Positions 1-9,850 of a stretch of 64,000 nt of DNA are shown piece by piece. Position numbers and translations under genes: made by a program. Location: contig CBDFIJ010000004.1 in assembly GCA_965248055.1 (NCBI GenBank), forward strand, positions 544,001 through 608,000, read 5' to 3'. The number at the start of each line of letters is the position of its first letter. Position 1 is the stretch's first letter. The notes beneath the pieces are model-generated. The model was not told the DNA's origin, made no database searches, and saw nothing but the letters and a program-made list of their open reading frames with translations. The stretch is from Candidatus Multivoradales bacterium. GTDB taxonomy: Bacteria; Acidobacteriota; Thermoanaerobaculia; Multivoradales; JAHEKO01.

Positions 1-590
1 ATGGCAGCGTCCAGGTCATGCTCTTCACAGACCGGCTGGAGGTCTGGAATCCCGGCACTCTCCCCGCAGCGCTCACCCTAGACAAGCTGCGCCAGCCTCA
101 CAGTTCCATTCCCGGTAACCCGCTGCTCGCCGAACCGCTCTACCTCACCAAATACATCGAGCGCATGGGCACCGGCACTCGCGACATGATCCGGAAATGC
201 GTTGCCGCGGGCCTGCCCGAACCCGAGTTCACCCTCACCGATGGCTTCGTGACGACGATCCAAAGATCAGACGGGGCCAAGTCCGGACTAAGTCGGGCTC
301 AGCCAGAGTCACAGCCAGAGTCACAGCCAGAGTCGCAGCCAGAGTCGATGGAAATCCGGATTCTCCGGCAACTCGCCAGCAACCCACTGGGGAAAGCCCA
401 GCTTTCGGAGGCCATGGGACAAAAAGCCATCTCCGGCCAGTTGAACAAGGTCATCCGCGTGCTCGTGGCAGATCAAACCATCGAGCCAACCATCCCCGAC
501 AAACCCACCAGCCGCCTCCAGAAGTACCGGCTCACCGAAAAAGGCCGCACCCGGTTGAAGCGGGTGGACGAGGAAAGGGGGCTGGAATGA
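1..590 (+). CDS. C-terminal part of an HATPase_c_4 (RecG-C-like)/HTH protein, often AlbA_2/Schlafen-associated; begins upstream of the window
   Basis: Open from the window edge; DRLEVWNPG...NPLLAEPLYLTKYIERMGTG HATPase_c_4 signature; C-terminal 'TIPDKPTSRLQKYRLTEKG' HTH-type tail. Confidence 0.75.
   Translation, partial: GSVQVMLFTDRLEVWNPGTLPAALTLDKLRQPHSSIPGNPLLAEPLYLTKYIERMGTGTRDMIRKCVAAGLPEPEFTLTDGFVTTIQRSDGAKSGLSRAQPESQPESQPESQPESMEIRILRQLASNPLGKAQLSEAMGQKAISGQLNKVIRVLVADQTIEPTIPDKPTSRLQKYRLTEKGRTRLKRVDEERGLE
300..347 (+). repeat. 4 x 12-bp in-frame tandem repeat CAGCCAGAGTCR (QPES)4
   Basis: Directly visible in the sequence. Confidence 0.95.
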
Positions 591-706
591 GCGCGAAACA
601 GAACGCGGACATTCCTGTCCCCCACAAGGCGGATTGGAAAACTCGCCCCCCGGCACGAGAGACAGACAAGGCCTTGAGCGAGATTCTGGAGAAGATCGGA
701 ATATGA
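587..706 (+). pseudogene. 39-aa ORF ending in an HsdM-like C-terminus (remnant)
   Basis: 'ARETDKALSEILEKIGI*' resembles type I HsdM C-termini; its TGA overlaps the hsdS ATG (ATGA), the usual hsdM/hsdS coupling. Confidence 0.5.
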
Positions 707-1977
707 GTGACGCGAATCTGTTGATCGAACCTCTCCCGGCTGCTTGGAAAAACTGCCAGTTCGCTGATGTGTGCGATCGCGTGAAGGACTCCTACAAGCC
801 AGTCGAAGGCGGCGACACTCCCTACGTCGGCTTGGGACACTTGGCGCAAGGATTTCCAACTTTCGTCGGCTGGGGAACCGAAAGCGACATCAAGTCTTCG
901 AAGACTGCATTCAAGATCGGAGACATTCTATTCGGCAAGCTACGGCCATATTTGAGAAAAGGAGCACAAGCCAGTTTCGATGGAATCTGTTCAACAGACA
1001 TCCTCGTCTTTCGCGCCGAAAACACGGGCGACTCGAGTTTCCTGAAGTACTTGGTCCACAGCGATGAATTCATCGACTACGCAAAATCGACAACTTCCGG
1101 CGTCCAACATCCGCGGACTTCTTGGCCATCACTAAAGGAGTTCCGTTTATCACTCCCCCCACTCCCCGAGCAGAAGAAGATCGCCCACATCCTTTCGACG
1201 GTGCAGCGGGCGATCGAAGCGCAGGAGCGGATCATTCAGACCACTACCGAGCTGAAAAAGGCCCTCATGCACAAGCTCTTCACCAAAGGCCTGCGCAACG
1301 AACCCCAAAAACAAACCGAAATCGGCCCGATTCCTGAAAGCTGGGAGGTGGTGGAGCTGGAGCAAGCGGGCGAGGTTGTCTACGGGATTCAGGCGGCAGT
1401 AGCCAACAATCTGGCTCCGATCGGAACTCGAATCCTAACCAACAAAAACCTGACGTTGGGAGGCGGATTTGAGCTGGAGAAAGTAAACTACTTCGAGCTC
1501 ACAACGAAGCGTCATCGCGCAACAATCCTTCGCAAAGGAGACCTTCTTTTTAATTGGAGAAGCGGAAGCAAATTTCACGTTGGCAAAACCTCCTTTTTCG
1601 ACCTCGACGGGGAATGGGTTCATTCTTCGTTTATTCTCCGGATCCGGCCGAATCCCGAGATTAACGGGCGCTACCTTTTCTATTACTTAAACCATCTCCG
1701 AGAAGCGGGACATTTCGTGAAGCTCCAAACCTACGCGATCAACGCGAAGTTCAACAAGAGCGCAGTCAACGCTTTGACTACCGTTGTTGCGAGCCGGGAC
1801 GAGCAAGACCAAATCGCGGACACGCTCGATGCGAGCCAGTTGAAAATCGATTCCGCCGAGAACAAACGTAAGGCGCTCCAAGACCTCTTCCGCACCCTCC
1901 TCCACCAACTGATGACCGCGAAGACGCGGGTGCACGACCTAGAACTTTCGGTGACTACCCACTTGGCGCCAGGCTGA
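703..1977 (+). CDS. hsdS: Type I restriction-modification specificity subunit
   Basis: Two TRDs with conserved spacers 'LPPLPEQKKIAHILSTV', 'KQTEIGPIPESWEVV', 'EQDQIADTLD'; GDILFGKLRPYL motif; ATG at 703. Confidence 0.93.
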   Translation: MSDANLLIEPLPAAWKNCQFADVCDRVKDSYKPVEGGDTPYVGLGHLAQGFPTFVGWGTESDIKSSKTAFKIGDILFGKLRPYLRKGAQASFDGICSTDILVFRAENTGDSSFLKYLVHSDEFIDYAKSTTSGVQHPRTSWPSLKEFRLSLPPLPEQKKIAHILSTVQRAIEAQERIIQTTTELKKALMHKLFTKGLRNEPQKQTEIGPIPESWEVVELEQAGEVVYGIQAAVANNLAPIGTRILTNKNLTLGGGFELEKVNYFELTTKRHRATILRKGDLLFNWRSGSKFHVGKTSFFDLDGEWVHSSFILRIRPNPEINGRYLFYYLNHLREAGHFVKLQTYAINAKFNKSAVNALTTVVASRDEQDQIADTLDASQLKIDSAENKRKALQDLFRTLLHQLMTAKTRVHDLELSVTTHLAPG

Positions 1978-2001
1978 GATCAAGAGAGTAGAATCCAGAG
2001 T

Positions 2002-2895
2002 ATGCCAAGTTCGGTCAAGGTTCTTTTTAGGATCGCGGGTTCACTCTTGATAGCTGCGGTGGTCTCCTATTCGCAGTTCGTCGATGGGCTTTATTGCGCC
2101 GCCAAGGTTTGTTTGGTGTTAGCCGTGGTTGTGGCGATTGCAGCCTGCTTACTTTGGTTGATTCCATTTTTTCGCGAGAGAACGGGGGGGGGAGTTGGAG
2201 AGGCGCCAATTCCACAAGAGGTCGCGGGTGGTTCGGACTATTCGCCTGCATTGGCTGTTACTGGCGGGCTTCGAGTCGCGGGAGATCTGAATCTCGGCTC
2301 ATCTGTGAACTCACAGCGGCAGACAATGGGTGAAGATGCCTCTGCCGTTCCGCGAGTCCAGCTTAACGGGGATCAAGCGTTTCACGTCGAGCGTGTCACT
2401 TTCGGCTTCCTAGCTGACGTGTTGTGCATGCGCCTAATCAACGCCCCCGAAAGCACTGCCGAAAGCGCGATTGCAAAGGGGGTCCGCGCTCATTTTCTGT
2501 GTAAAGGTCCCGGAGCCAGTGGCTTACCTTCTTTGGATGCTCGATGGTCTGATTCACCACAACCGCCAAGCATTCCGTTGGGGGAGACACCCGCTCTCGC
2601 TGTCAATCTGGGAATAAACGAAGGCAGGCAGATTAACCTCGTCGTGAAAGAACCGGAGGATGAGCACTGCTACCTGTTCAACAACGATAGCTATCAATAC
2701 CCTCGTCGCCAGAACCCTGCCTGGAGGATGGAACCGGGGGAGTATCGAGTGGTGGTCGATGTAAGTGGTGTAGAAGTGCGAGAGCGGTTCGAGTGTTCCT
2801 TTCTGAATCCGGGTCCGGGGCGTCCACTAATCGTGAAGTCGTTCAAGCCACCAACTCCCGATACTCCGTCCTCTCCGACTGAGGGAGCGCCTTGA
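2002..2895 (+). CDS. Hypothetical protein with two N-terminal TM helices and a beta-rich C-terminal domain (cargo in the RM locus)
   Basis: 297-aa ORF between hsdS and hsdR; hydrophobic N-terminus; no recognisable family. Confidence 0.65.
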   Translation: MPSSVKVLFRIAGSLLIAAVVSYSQFVDGLYCAAKVCLVLAVVVAIAACLLWLIPFFRERTGGGVGEAPIPQEVAGGSDYSPALAVTGGLRVAGDLNLGSSVNSQRQTMGEDASAVPRVQLNGDQAFHVERVTFGFLADVLCMRLINAPESTAESAIAKGVRAHFLCKGPGASGLPSLDARWSDSPQPPSIPLGETPALAVNLGINEGRQINLVVKEPEDEHCYLFNNDSYQYPRRQNPAWRMEPGEYRVVVDVSGVEVRERFECSFLNPGPGRPLIVKSFKPPTPDTPSSPTEGAP

Positions 2896-2943
2896 TCGTG
2901 TCTCGAAACATGTACGGATTGGCCTAGTTGTTGAACCGGCGGC

Positions 2944-4020
2944 ATGGACGGAAAAGGAACACAACGGAGAGAAACAAAGAACATGGACAAGAAATATCTC
3001 ACACTGGTAAACGGAGCCAATGGTGCGACCGAAGATGACACCGAGCCTCTTTTCGATGGCAAAGAATTGGTACAGATGCTGGACCGAGAACTGAAGGATG
3101 ACAGCAGCTCCAACGCCGGCAGATCGCAGCAACTCTTCTACGACGCCATGGAGGCAGACTCGGAGGAGGATCAATTCGAGTTGATCGTGCAGTGCCTGGA
3201 GCTGGACCCCGGGAATGTGGACGCGATGCTGGTGTTGCTGGAGTACTTGCCGATCAGTGAGGCGGATGAAATTGAGGTGTTACGACGGGTGGTGGCGATC
3301 GGTCGAAAGCGCCTCGGCAGCAAGGCTTTCAAGGAGTTTGCCGGGGCGTTTTGGGGGGTCCACGAGACGCGTCCGTATATGCGGGCGCGGGAGCGGCTGG
3401 CTGAGTCCTTGAACCTTGCCGGCCACCTTGAGGAGGCCGCCTCCGAGTGGGAGGCGATACTGGAGTTGAATCCCAATGACAATCAAGGGGTTCGCTATTT
3501 GCTCCTTGCGGGTTACCTGGCCGGGGGCCAGCTGGATGACGCAGGTAGGTTGTTCGAGCGGTTCGATGAATGTGCCTGGAACACGGTGTTCGCCTGGGGG
3601 CGAGTGCTGGAGCGGTTTCTAGCGGAAGATGTAAAAGGCGTCGAATCCGCCTTGGTTATCGCACGCGAGCAAAACGAACATACCGAGGCCTACTTATAGG
3701 GTCACGGCCAACTGCCCGAGCTTCCGCCCAACCTTCATAGCCCCGGAAGCAAAGAGGAGGCGGAGTGTTTCGCGGAGCCGATCATGATGGCGTGGAACGC
3801 ACACCCAAAAGCAGTGCTCTGGCTCACCGAGCAAGCTATCGGGCCTCGCTCCATCGAGCAGGGACAACGATGCCGCGAATTGATTGTTGGGACCAACGGG
3901 AAACCAATGGAGAACGGACTTTCCAGTCTGCTTGCCTCGATCAAAGGACGCGGACAATCACCGTGCTTCGCTATCGAGTTTTTCCATTTCAAGATTGAAG
4001 ATTCTTTTTCTGGTTATTGA
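2944..4020 (+). pseudogene. TPR-repeat protein interrupted by an in-frame TAG at 3697-3699
   Basis: 'ETRPYMRARE', 'LELNPNDNQGVRY' TPR-family motifs; after the TAG the same frame continues with a family-like C-terminus 'GHGQLPELPPNLHSPGSKEEAECFAEPIMMAWNAHPKAVLWL'. Confidence 0.7.
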
Positions 4021-4041
4021 TTCCTCGCACCGTTTATTGAC

Positions 4042-6945
4042 ATGAAGCCAGGAGAGAACAAGACCGTCCAAGCGAGAATACTGGCGTATGCGCAAAACGT
4101 TGGTTGGACTTTAGTCTCCCGTGAGCAGGCCGAGCAAAGGCGCGGACAGTCCCTATTCTTCGCCGAGCTTCTAGACACCAAGGTGCGGGAGTTCAATCCG
4201 CGCTACACGGAGGACCAGCAGGCGCTACCCGGAAAGTTCCGGCACCTCCACGCCGACATCTACGGCAACCGGGAGTTCGTTGAGTACCTGCGTAACCGGG
4301 GCAAGTTCTTCGATCACGAGGAGAAACGAGAGCGCGACCTGATCTTGATCGACTATGACGAACCAACCAACAACGTCTATGAAGTCACCGAGGAGTGGGT
4401 ATTTGACAACGGCCAATACCGCACGCGGGAGGATGTGGTCTTTCTGATCAACGGCATCCCGGTGCTGGTGATCGAGTGCAAGAACGCCAGCAAGGATGAA
4501 GGAGTCGCCCTGGGGATCGATCAGATTCGCCGCTATCACGATGAGACGCCGGAGCTGTTCGTGCCCGAGCAGCTTTTTACCGCCACCGACGCCATCGGTT
4601 TCTCGTACGGGGTGAGCTGGAACACGGTACGGCGCAACATCTTCAACTGGAAGCACGACCAAGTCGGTCAGTTGGAGGCCAAGGTCAAGAGCTTCTGTGC
4701 AATCCCGCAGGTGCTCGCCTTCTTGAAAGAGTTCATTCTATTCGCCGAGAAAGACGAGGAGCTGCATAAGTACATCTTGCGCCAGCATCAGGTCGGGGCG
4801 GTGAAGAAAGTGGTGGATCGGGCCCTCGACCAGAACCGCAAGCGCGGCCTGGTGTGGCACACCCAAGGCAGCGGCAAGACCTACACCATGATCAAGGCAG
4901 CGGAGCTGCTATTTCGCGCACCCCAGGCGGACAAGCCGACCATTCTGCTGATGATTGATCGCAACGAGTTGGAAGACCAAATGCTCAAGAACCTGGCCTC
5001 GTTGGGGCTCGGCTCTCTGGCGCACGCCAGCAGCATCGACCGTCTGAACCAACTGCTCAAGGACGACTACCGAGGCATCATCGTCACCATGATCCACAAG
5101 TTTCGCGACATGCCGGCGGATCTCAACACGCGTTCCAATATCTACGTGCTGATCGACGAAGCGCACCGCACTACCGGCGGCGACCTGGGCAACTTCCTGA
5201 TGGCAGGTCTGCCCAACGCCAGCTACCTGGGCTTTACTGGCACCCCGGTGGACAAGACGGCCTACGGCAAAGGGACCTTCAAGACTTTCGGTTGCGAAGA
5301 CGACGCCGGCTACCTGCACAAGTATTCGATCGCCGACAGTATCGAAGATGGCACTACCCTACCCCTCTACTACAACCTAGCGCCCAACGAGATGCGGGTG
5401 CCGCACGAGTTGCTGCACAAGGAATTCCTTTCCCTGGCTGAAGCCGAGGGTGTAGCCAACATCGAGGAATTGAACAAGATCCTCGATCGAGCGGTGAATC
5501 TGAAAAACTTCCTCAAGGGGGGGGATCGAATCGAAAAAGTGGCACAATATGTCGCTGACCACTACCGAGAGAACGTTGAACCTCTGGGCTACAAGGCCTT
5601 CCTGGTGGCCGTCGACCGCGAGGCGTGCGCTCGCTACAAGCACGCCCTTGATGCGATATTCAGGAGACAAGGTGTGCCAACGGAGTTTTCCAAGGTGGTC
5701 TACACCGGCAACAACAACGATTCCAAGCTGCTCAAGGACTTCCACCTCAACAAGAAGAGTGAACGCCAGATTCGCAAGAGCTTCTGCAAGCTGGATCAAC
5801 TACCCAAGATCTTGATCGTCACCGAGAAGCTGCTCACCGGTTTTGACGCGCCGACGCTCTATGCGATGTATCTCGACAAACCGATGCGCGACCACACCCT
5901 TTTGCAGGCGATCGCCCGGGTGAACCGACCTTACGAGAATGAGGCCAGAGGGATGGTGAAACCGCACGGTTTGGTGCTCGATTTCGTCGGCATCTTCGAC
6001 AAGCTGGAGAAAGCCCTGGCCTTTGACAGTGATGAGGTGAACGCCATTGTCAAGGATCTCAACCTGCTGAAGGTCTTGTTCCAGAACAAGATGGAGTCCA
6101 AGGTCCCTGAGTATCTGAGCCTGATCGAACGCAGGTTCGACGACAAGGATCTCGACAGTCTGTTCGAGCACTTCCGCGATCCCGAACGGCGCAAGACATT
6201 GTTCAAGGAATACAAAGAAATCGAGATGCTCTACGAAATCATTTCGCCGGATGCCTTCCTGCGACCCTTCATCAATGACTACGCGACGATTTCAGCTATC
6301 TACAGTGTGGTGCGTAAGGCCTACGCCAAGAGGATCGATGTGGATCGTGAGTTCCAGCGAAAAACCAACCAGCTAGTTCAAGAACAAGTCGGCAGCTATG
6401 GCGTAGAGCGGGTCGCCGAGTTCGTCGAAATCAACGCTGAGACCATCAAACTGATCAAGAACAAAGACACCAGTGATACCAGCAAGGTAATCAATCTGAT
6501 CAAGAGCATCGACAAGCTGGCTGAGCAAGAGAGCGAAGACCCCTACCTGATTGCCATGGCTGATCGCGCCCAAGCGGTGCGCGAGAGCTTCGAGAGCCGT
6601 CAAGCGAGTACCACGGAGGCTTTGAATGAGCTGCTGAGCGAACTCGACAAGAACGAAGCCCGCAAGAAAGGGCAGGCTGAAAAGAACTTCGACGGACTCA
6701 CCTACTTTGTCTATCGAACCCTGCTGGATGCCCAAATCGACAACGCCGAGCACGTGAGCCGGGATATCGGGCACGCCTTCACCACCCACGCCAACTGGAA
6801 GAAGAGTGAAAAAGCGCTGCGCGAACTGCGCAGGGCGGTGACGTTCAGCCTGCTGGCCGAATGCGATGAGGTAGAGCATGTCACCACGCTGGTCGACGGT
6901 TTGTTCAGCCTGCTGAACCGAGCTGAAGGGCCCCAAGACGAGTGA
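4042..6945 (+). CDS. hsdR: Type I restriction endonuclease subunit R
   Basis: Nuclease motif DVVFLINGIPVLVIECK, Walker A HTQGSGKT, DEAH box, TGFDAP and QAIARVNR helicase motifs. Confidence 0.96.
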   Translation: MKPGENKTVQARILAYAQNVGWTLVSREQAEQRRGQSLFFAELLDTKVREFNPRYTEDQQALPGKFRHLHADIYGNREFVEYLRNRGKFFDHEEKRERDLILIDYDEPTNNVYEVTEEWVFDNGQYRTREDVVFLINGIPVLVIECKNASKDEGVALGIDQIRRYHDETPELFVPEQLFTATDAIGFSYGVSWNTVRRNIFNWKHDQVGQLEAKVKSFCAIPQVLAFLKEFILFAEKDEELHKYILRQHQVGAVKKVVDRALDQNRKRGLVWHTQGSGKTYTMIKAAELLFRAPQADKPTILLMIDRNELEDQMLKNLASLGLGSLAHASSIDRLNQLLKDDYRGIIVTMIHKFRDMPADLNTRSNIYVLIDEAHRTTGGDLGNFLMAGLPNASYLGFTGTPVDKTAYGKGTFKTFGCEDDAGYLHKYSIADSIEDGTTLPLYYNLAPNEMRVPHELLHKEFLSLAEAEGVANIEELNKILDRAVNLKNFLKGGDRIEKVAQYVADHYRENVEPLGYKAFLVAVDREACARYKHALDAIFRRQGVPTEFSKVVYTGNNNDSKLLKDFHLNKKSERQIRKSFCKLDQLPKILIVTEKLLTGFDAPTLYAMYLDKPMRDHTLLQAIARVNRPYENEARGMVKPHGLVLDFVGIFDKLEKALAFDSDEVNAIVKDLNLLKVLFQNKMESKVPEYLSLIERRFDDKDLDSLFEHFRDPERRKTLFKEYKEIEMLYEIISPDAFLRPFINDYATISAIYSVVRKAYAKRIDVDREFQRKTNQLVQEQVGSYGVERVAEFVEINAETIKLIKNKDTSDTSKVINLIKSIDKLAEQESEDPYLIAMADRAQAVRESFESRQASTTEALNELLSELDKNEARKKGQAEKNFDGLTYFVYRTLLDAQIDNAEHVSRDIGHAFTTHANWKKSEKALRELRRAVTFSLLAECDEVEHVTTLVDGLFSLLNRAEGPQDE

Positions 6946-7253
6946 CCACAGAGGAGACGAAGAAGGTGTTCAAGGGCCGCGTCCGCCACTGGGCGCAGCG
7001 ACTGGAGGTGGAGATCGTCTGGCTAGGGGTTCGACCGATGACCCATAAGTGGGCTTCCTGCTCCACCAATGGTCATCTCAACTTCAACGCCGAATTGTTG
7101 CACCTGGACCCCAAACTCTGGGACTACGTTGTCGTCCACGAACTGCTACATTTCTTCGTTCCCAATCACGGAAAACTCTGGAAGAGCCTGATGCGCGCTC
7201 ATCTTGGAGACTACGAAGCGGCAGAACGTAGCCTGCGACAGATTGCTTCGTAG
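6942..7253 (+). CDS. Short M48/YgjP-like zinc metallopeptidase
   Basis: KWASCS...YVVVHELLH...NHG HEXXH motif; typical neighbour of hsdR. Confidence 0.85.
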   Translation: MTTEETKKVFKGRVRHWAQRLEVEIVWLGVRPMTHKWASCSTNGHLNFNAELLHLDPKLWDYVVVHELLHFFVPNHGKLWKSLMRAHLGDYEAAERSLRQIAS

Positions 7254-7412
7254 TGAGCTGGGTGGCGGTCTCAAATCGTGCAACAGTTGGCGAGCGAGGC
7301 TAGACTAGTTTCAGCTATCGAACGAGGATCGCAGTGATTTGAAACAGAATTCCAATCTTGACCATGACCGGCAGCAAACGCTGTCGGGGCCTGTGAGAAG
7401 GAGGGTGAGGCC

Positions 7413-8522
7413 TTGAAACTGCCAGAGTTCACACTTGGTATCGAAGAGGAGTACCAACTGATCGACCCGGAGACCGGGGAGTTGAGTTCTTCGATTGAGC
7501 TGTTCTTGGAGAAGGCGCAGCCGGTGCTGCAGGAGCAGATCAAGCCGGAGATGTTGCAGTCGCAAGTGGAGATTGGCAGTCATGTGTGCCGATCGATTCA
7601 GGAGCTGCGCTCGGATCTCACCCGGTTGCGGCGCTCGGTGATTGAGATCGCCGAGAACAATGGTCTAGCGATTGTTGCCGCCAGTACTCATCCCTTCTCT
7701 AAGTGGACCGATCAGTCGGTGACCGAGAAAGAGCGCTACTCCAAGCATCAGGAAGCTCTGGCGGATGTCGCCCGGCGGATGTTGATCTATGGCATGCACA
7801 TCCACATCGGCATTGAAGACCGTGACCTGCGGATCGACGTCATGGACCAAGCCCGGTACTTCCTGCCGCACCTTTTGGCGCTGACCACCAGCTCACCGTT
7901 TTGGTTTGGCCGTGACACCGGAATCAAGTCCTATCGTTCGATCGTGTTTGAAAACCTACCGCGTACTGGGCCCCCTCCGGAATTCGCATCTTGGTCGGAA
8001 TACCAGCGCTTCCTGGAGATCATGGTGGAGACTGGCTGTATCGATGATCCCACCAAGATTTGGTGGGATATTCGGCCTCACCCAGTCTTTCCCACCATCG
8101 AGTTCCGGGTCTACGATATTTGTACCCGAATTGACGACGCGATCGCAGTCGCCGCAATGACTCTGGCGATCGTCGCCAAGTTGATCACCCTGAGGATGAG
8201 CAATCGATCCTGGCGTCGTTACCCCAACCATCTCCTCCAGGAGAACAAATGGCGCGCGGTGCGCTTTGGTCTCGAGGGCAAAATGGTGGACTTCGGACGG
8301 CGTGAACAGGTCGCTACCCGTTTGTTAATGCAAGAGGTTCTGCAGTTTGTCGACGATGTGGTCGACCCGCTCAACATCCGCGCCGAGATCGACCACGTCT
8401 CGACCATCCTTGAGCGCGGTACCAGTTCGGATCGGCAACTTGCGCTCTATCGAGAGACCGGCGACTTTCAAGCAGTAGTGCGGCAGCTGATCGCTGACAC
8501 CAAAGAAAACGTCATCTCGTGA
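7413..8522 (+). CDS. Carboxylate-amine ligase (YbdK/glutamate-cysteine ligase 2 family)
   Basis: FTLGIEEEYQ, GMHIHIG, SSPFW, WWDIRPHP, TIEFR, ENKWRAVRFG motifs; SD AGGAGG before TTG. Confidence 0.92.
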   Translation: MKLPEFTLGIEEEYQLIDPETGELSSSIELFLEKAQPVLQEQIKPEMLQSQVEIGSHVCRSIQELRSDLTRLRRSVIEIAENNGLAIVAASTHPFSKWTDQSVTEKERYSKHQEALADVARRMLIYGMHIHIGIEDRDLRIDVMDQARYFLPHLLALTTSSPFWFGRDTGIKSYRSIVFENLPRTGPPPEFASWSEYQRFLEIMVETGCIDDPTKIWWDIRPHPVFPTIEFRVYDICTRIDDAIAVAAMTLAIVAKLITLRMSNRSWRRYPNHLLQENKWRAVRFGLEGKMVDFGRREQVATRLLMQEVLQFVDDVVDPLNIRAEIDHVSTILERGTSSDRQLALYRETGDFQAVVRQLIADTKENVIS

Positions 8523-9724
8523 CACGACGCGCACTATGGATTCTGGCGCTGCTAGTCGCTGGCGTGATTCTGTTTTGGTTGATCCCCTACTGGGCCTTGA
8601 AGTGGAGCGGCTATCTACTGGTGGTCTTCCCCAATGGCGGCGACCGCAGCCAAACCGCAGTGGTGGATTTCACCGTCAAGCCAGCCCCTGAACCACTTCC
8701 TGCGGTGCAAACCGACGGACCGGTGCGCAACGTGGTGATGTTGTTGGCCGATGGTATGGGTTTCTCCCAGCTCTATGCCGCGCGGCTGGCTGAGCACGGC
8801 GCATACGGGCAGCTATTTTTGGAGCGCTTTCCGGTCACCGGCTGGCAGACCAATGCTTCAATCGATGACGTCTACACCGACTCGGCCGCCAGTGCCAGCT
8901 CGATTGCCACCGGGCACAAGATCAACACCCGCAACCTGGCGATCGATGAAGAGGGGGACGCGCTACCGACGATCGCCGAATTTCTCAAACAGCAGGGATA
9001 CAAGGTCGGCTTGATCACCGACTCCTACCTGTGGGACGCATCGGTCGCAGCGTTTGCTGCCCATCAAGAAAATCGCTATCAGTTCCCTGGAGTCGCAGAG
9101 CAACTTGCCGCTTCCAAGTTCGATCTCCTAGTCGGTACTCACGCCAGCGAGGAATCGATTCGCGAGCCGATTCCGGACGGTGAGCCGTCGCTGCTCATTC
9201 CGTTTCGCGACCACGGATACTCGGTGCTGGAAAATCCTGCTCAGTTGCCGACTGTGGATGGCCCGACGGTGCTGATTTACCCGGCTGATTCGATCGCTGA
9301 GCGACCGGGTCGCTTGTCCGAGATTGTTGACTGGGCAATCAATAGTTTGGCGGCAGCGGAAGAACCGTTTTTTCTTTTTGTTGAAACCGAAGAACCGGAT
9401 AGCGGTAGCCACAATCGGAACTTCTCTTGGGTGCTGCGTGGACTGCTGGAACTGGATCGGGTGGCCAAGGTTGCGGTCGACTTCGCCGGCAGCCGAAACG
9501 ACACCTTGGTATTGGCGACCAGCGACCATGAGACCGGTGGCTTTGCCATCTTGTCTGGTTCTCAGGAAAAACCGCTGGCGCTGCGATGGGCAACCCCTCG
9601 GCACACCGCCGAACCGGTGCCGGTCTTGGCTTTTGGCGCAGGCGCCGAGAGCTTCGCCGGGGTGATGGACAACACCGAGTTCGCTCCACGGATCGCGCGG
9701 GTCCTGGAGCTCAACTGGCCGTAG
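8519..9724 (+). CDS. Alkaline phosphatase family protein
   Basis: ADGMG, TDSAASA (catalytic Ser), TSDHETGG, HTAEPVPV motifs; N-terminal TM. Confidence 0.88.
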   Translation: MTRRALWILALLVAGVILFWLIPYWALKWSGYLLVVFPNGGDRSQTAVVDFTVKPAPEPLPAVQTDGPVRNVVMLLADGMGFSQLYAARLAEHGAYGQLFLERFPVTGWQTNASIDDVYTDSAASASSIATGHKINTRNLAIDEEGDALPTIAEFLKQQGYKVGLITDSYLWDASVAAFAAHQENRYQFPGVAEQLAASKFDLLVGTHASEESIREPIPDGEPSLLIPFRDHGYSVLENPAQLPTVDGPTVLIYPADSIAERPGRLSEIVDWAINSLAAAEEPFFLFVETEEPDSGSHNRNFSWVLRGLLELDRVAKVAVDFAGSRNDTLVLATSDHETGGFAILSGSQEKPLALRWATPRHTAEPVPVLAFGAGAESFAGVMDNTEFAPRIARVLELNWP

Positions 9725-9781
9725 CGGCACTGGTCCTAGCGGCACTGACCCTAGCGGCACTGGACCTGGCGGCACTGGCCC
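9722..9781 (+). repeat. 4 x 15-bp tandem repeat T(A/G)GCGGCACTG(G/A)NCC starting at the phosphatase stop codon
   Basis: Units at 9722, 9737, 9752, 9767. Confidence 0.9.
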
Positions 9782-9850
9782 TGTTCAACGGTCTCATCAC
9801 GACCGACACTGGTCGCGACAACTGGCACTGGTCTCGCATCTGACCGCCGT

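Noticed and set aside
9722-9781. CRISPR array
   Set aside because: 15-bp units abut with no spacers; no cas genes.
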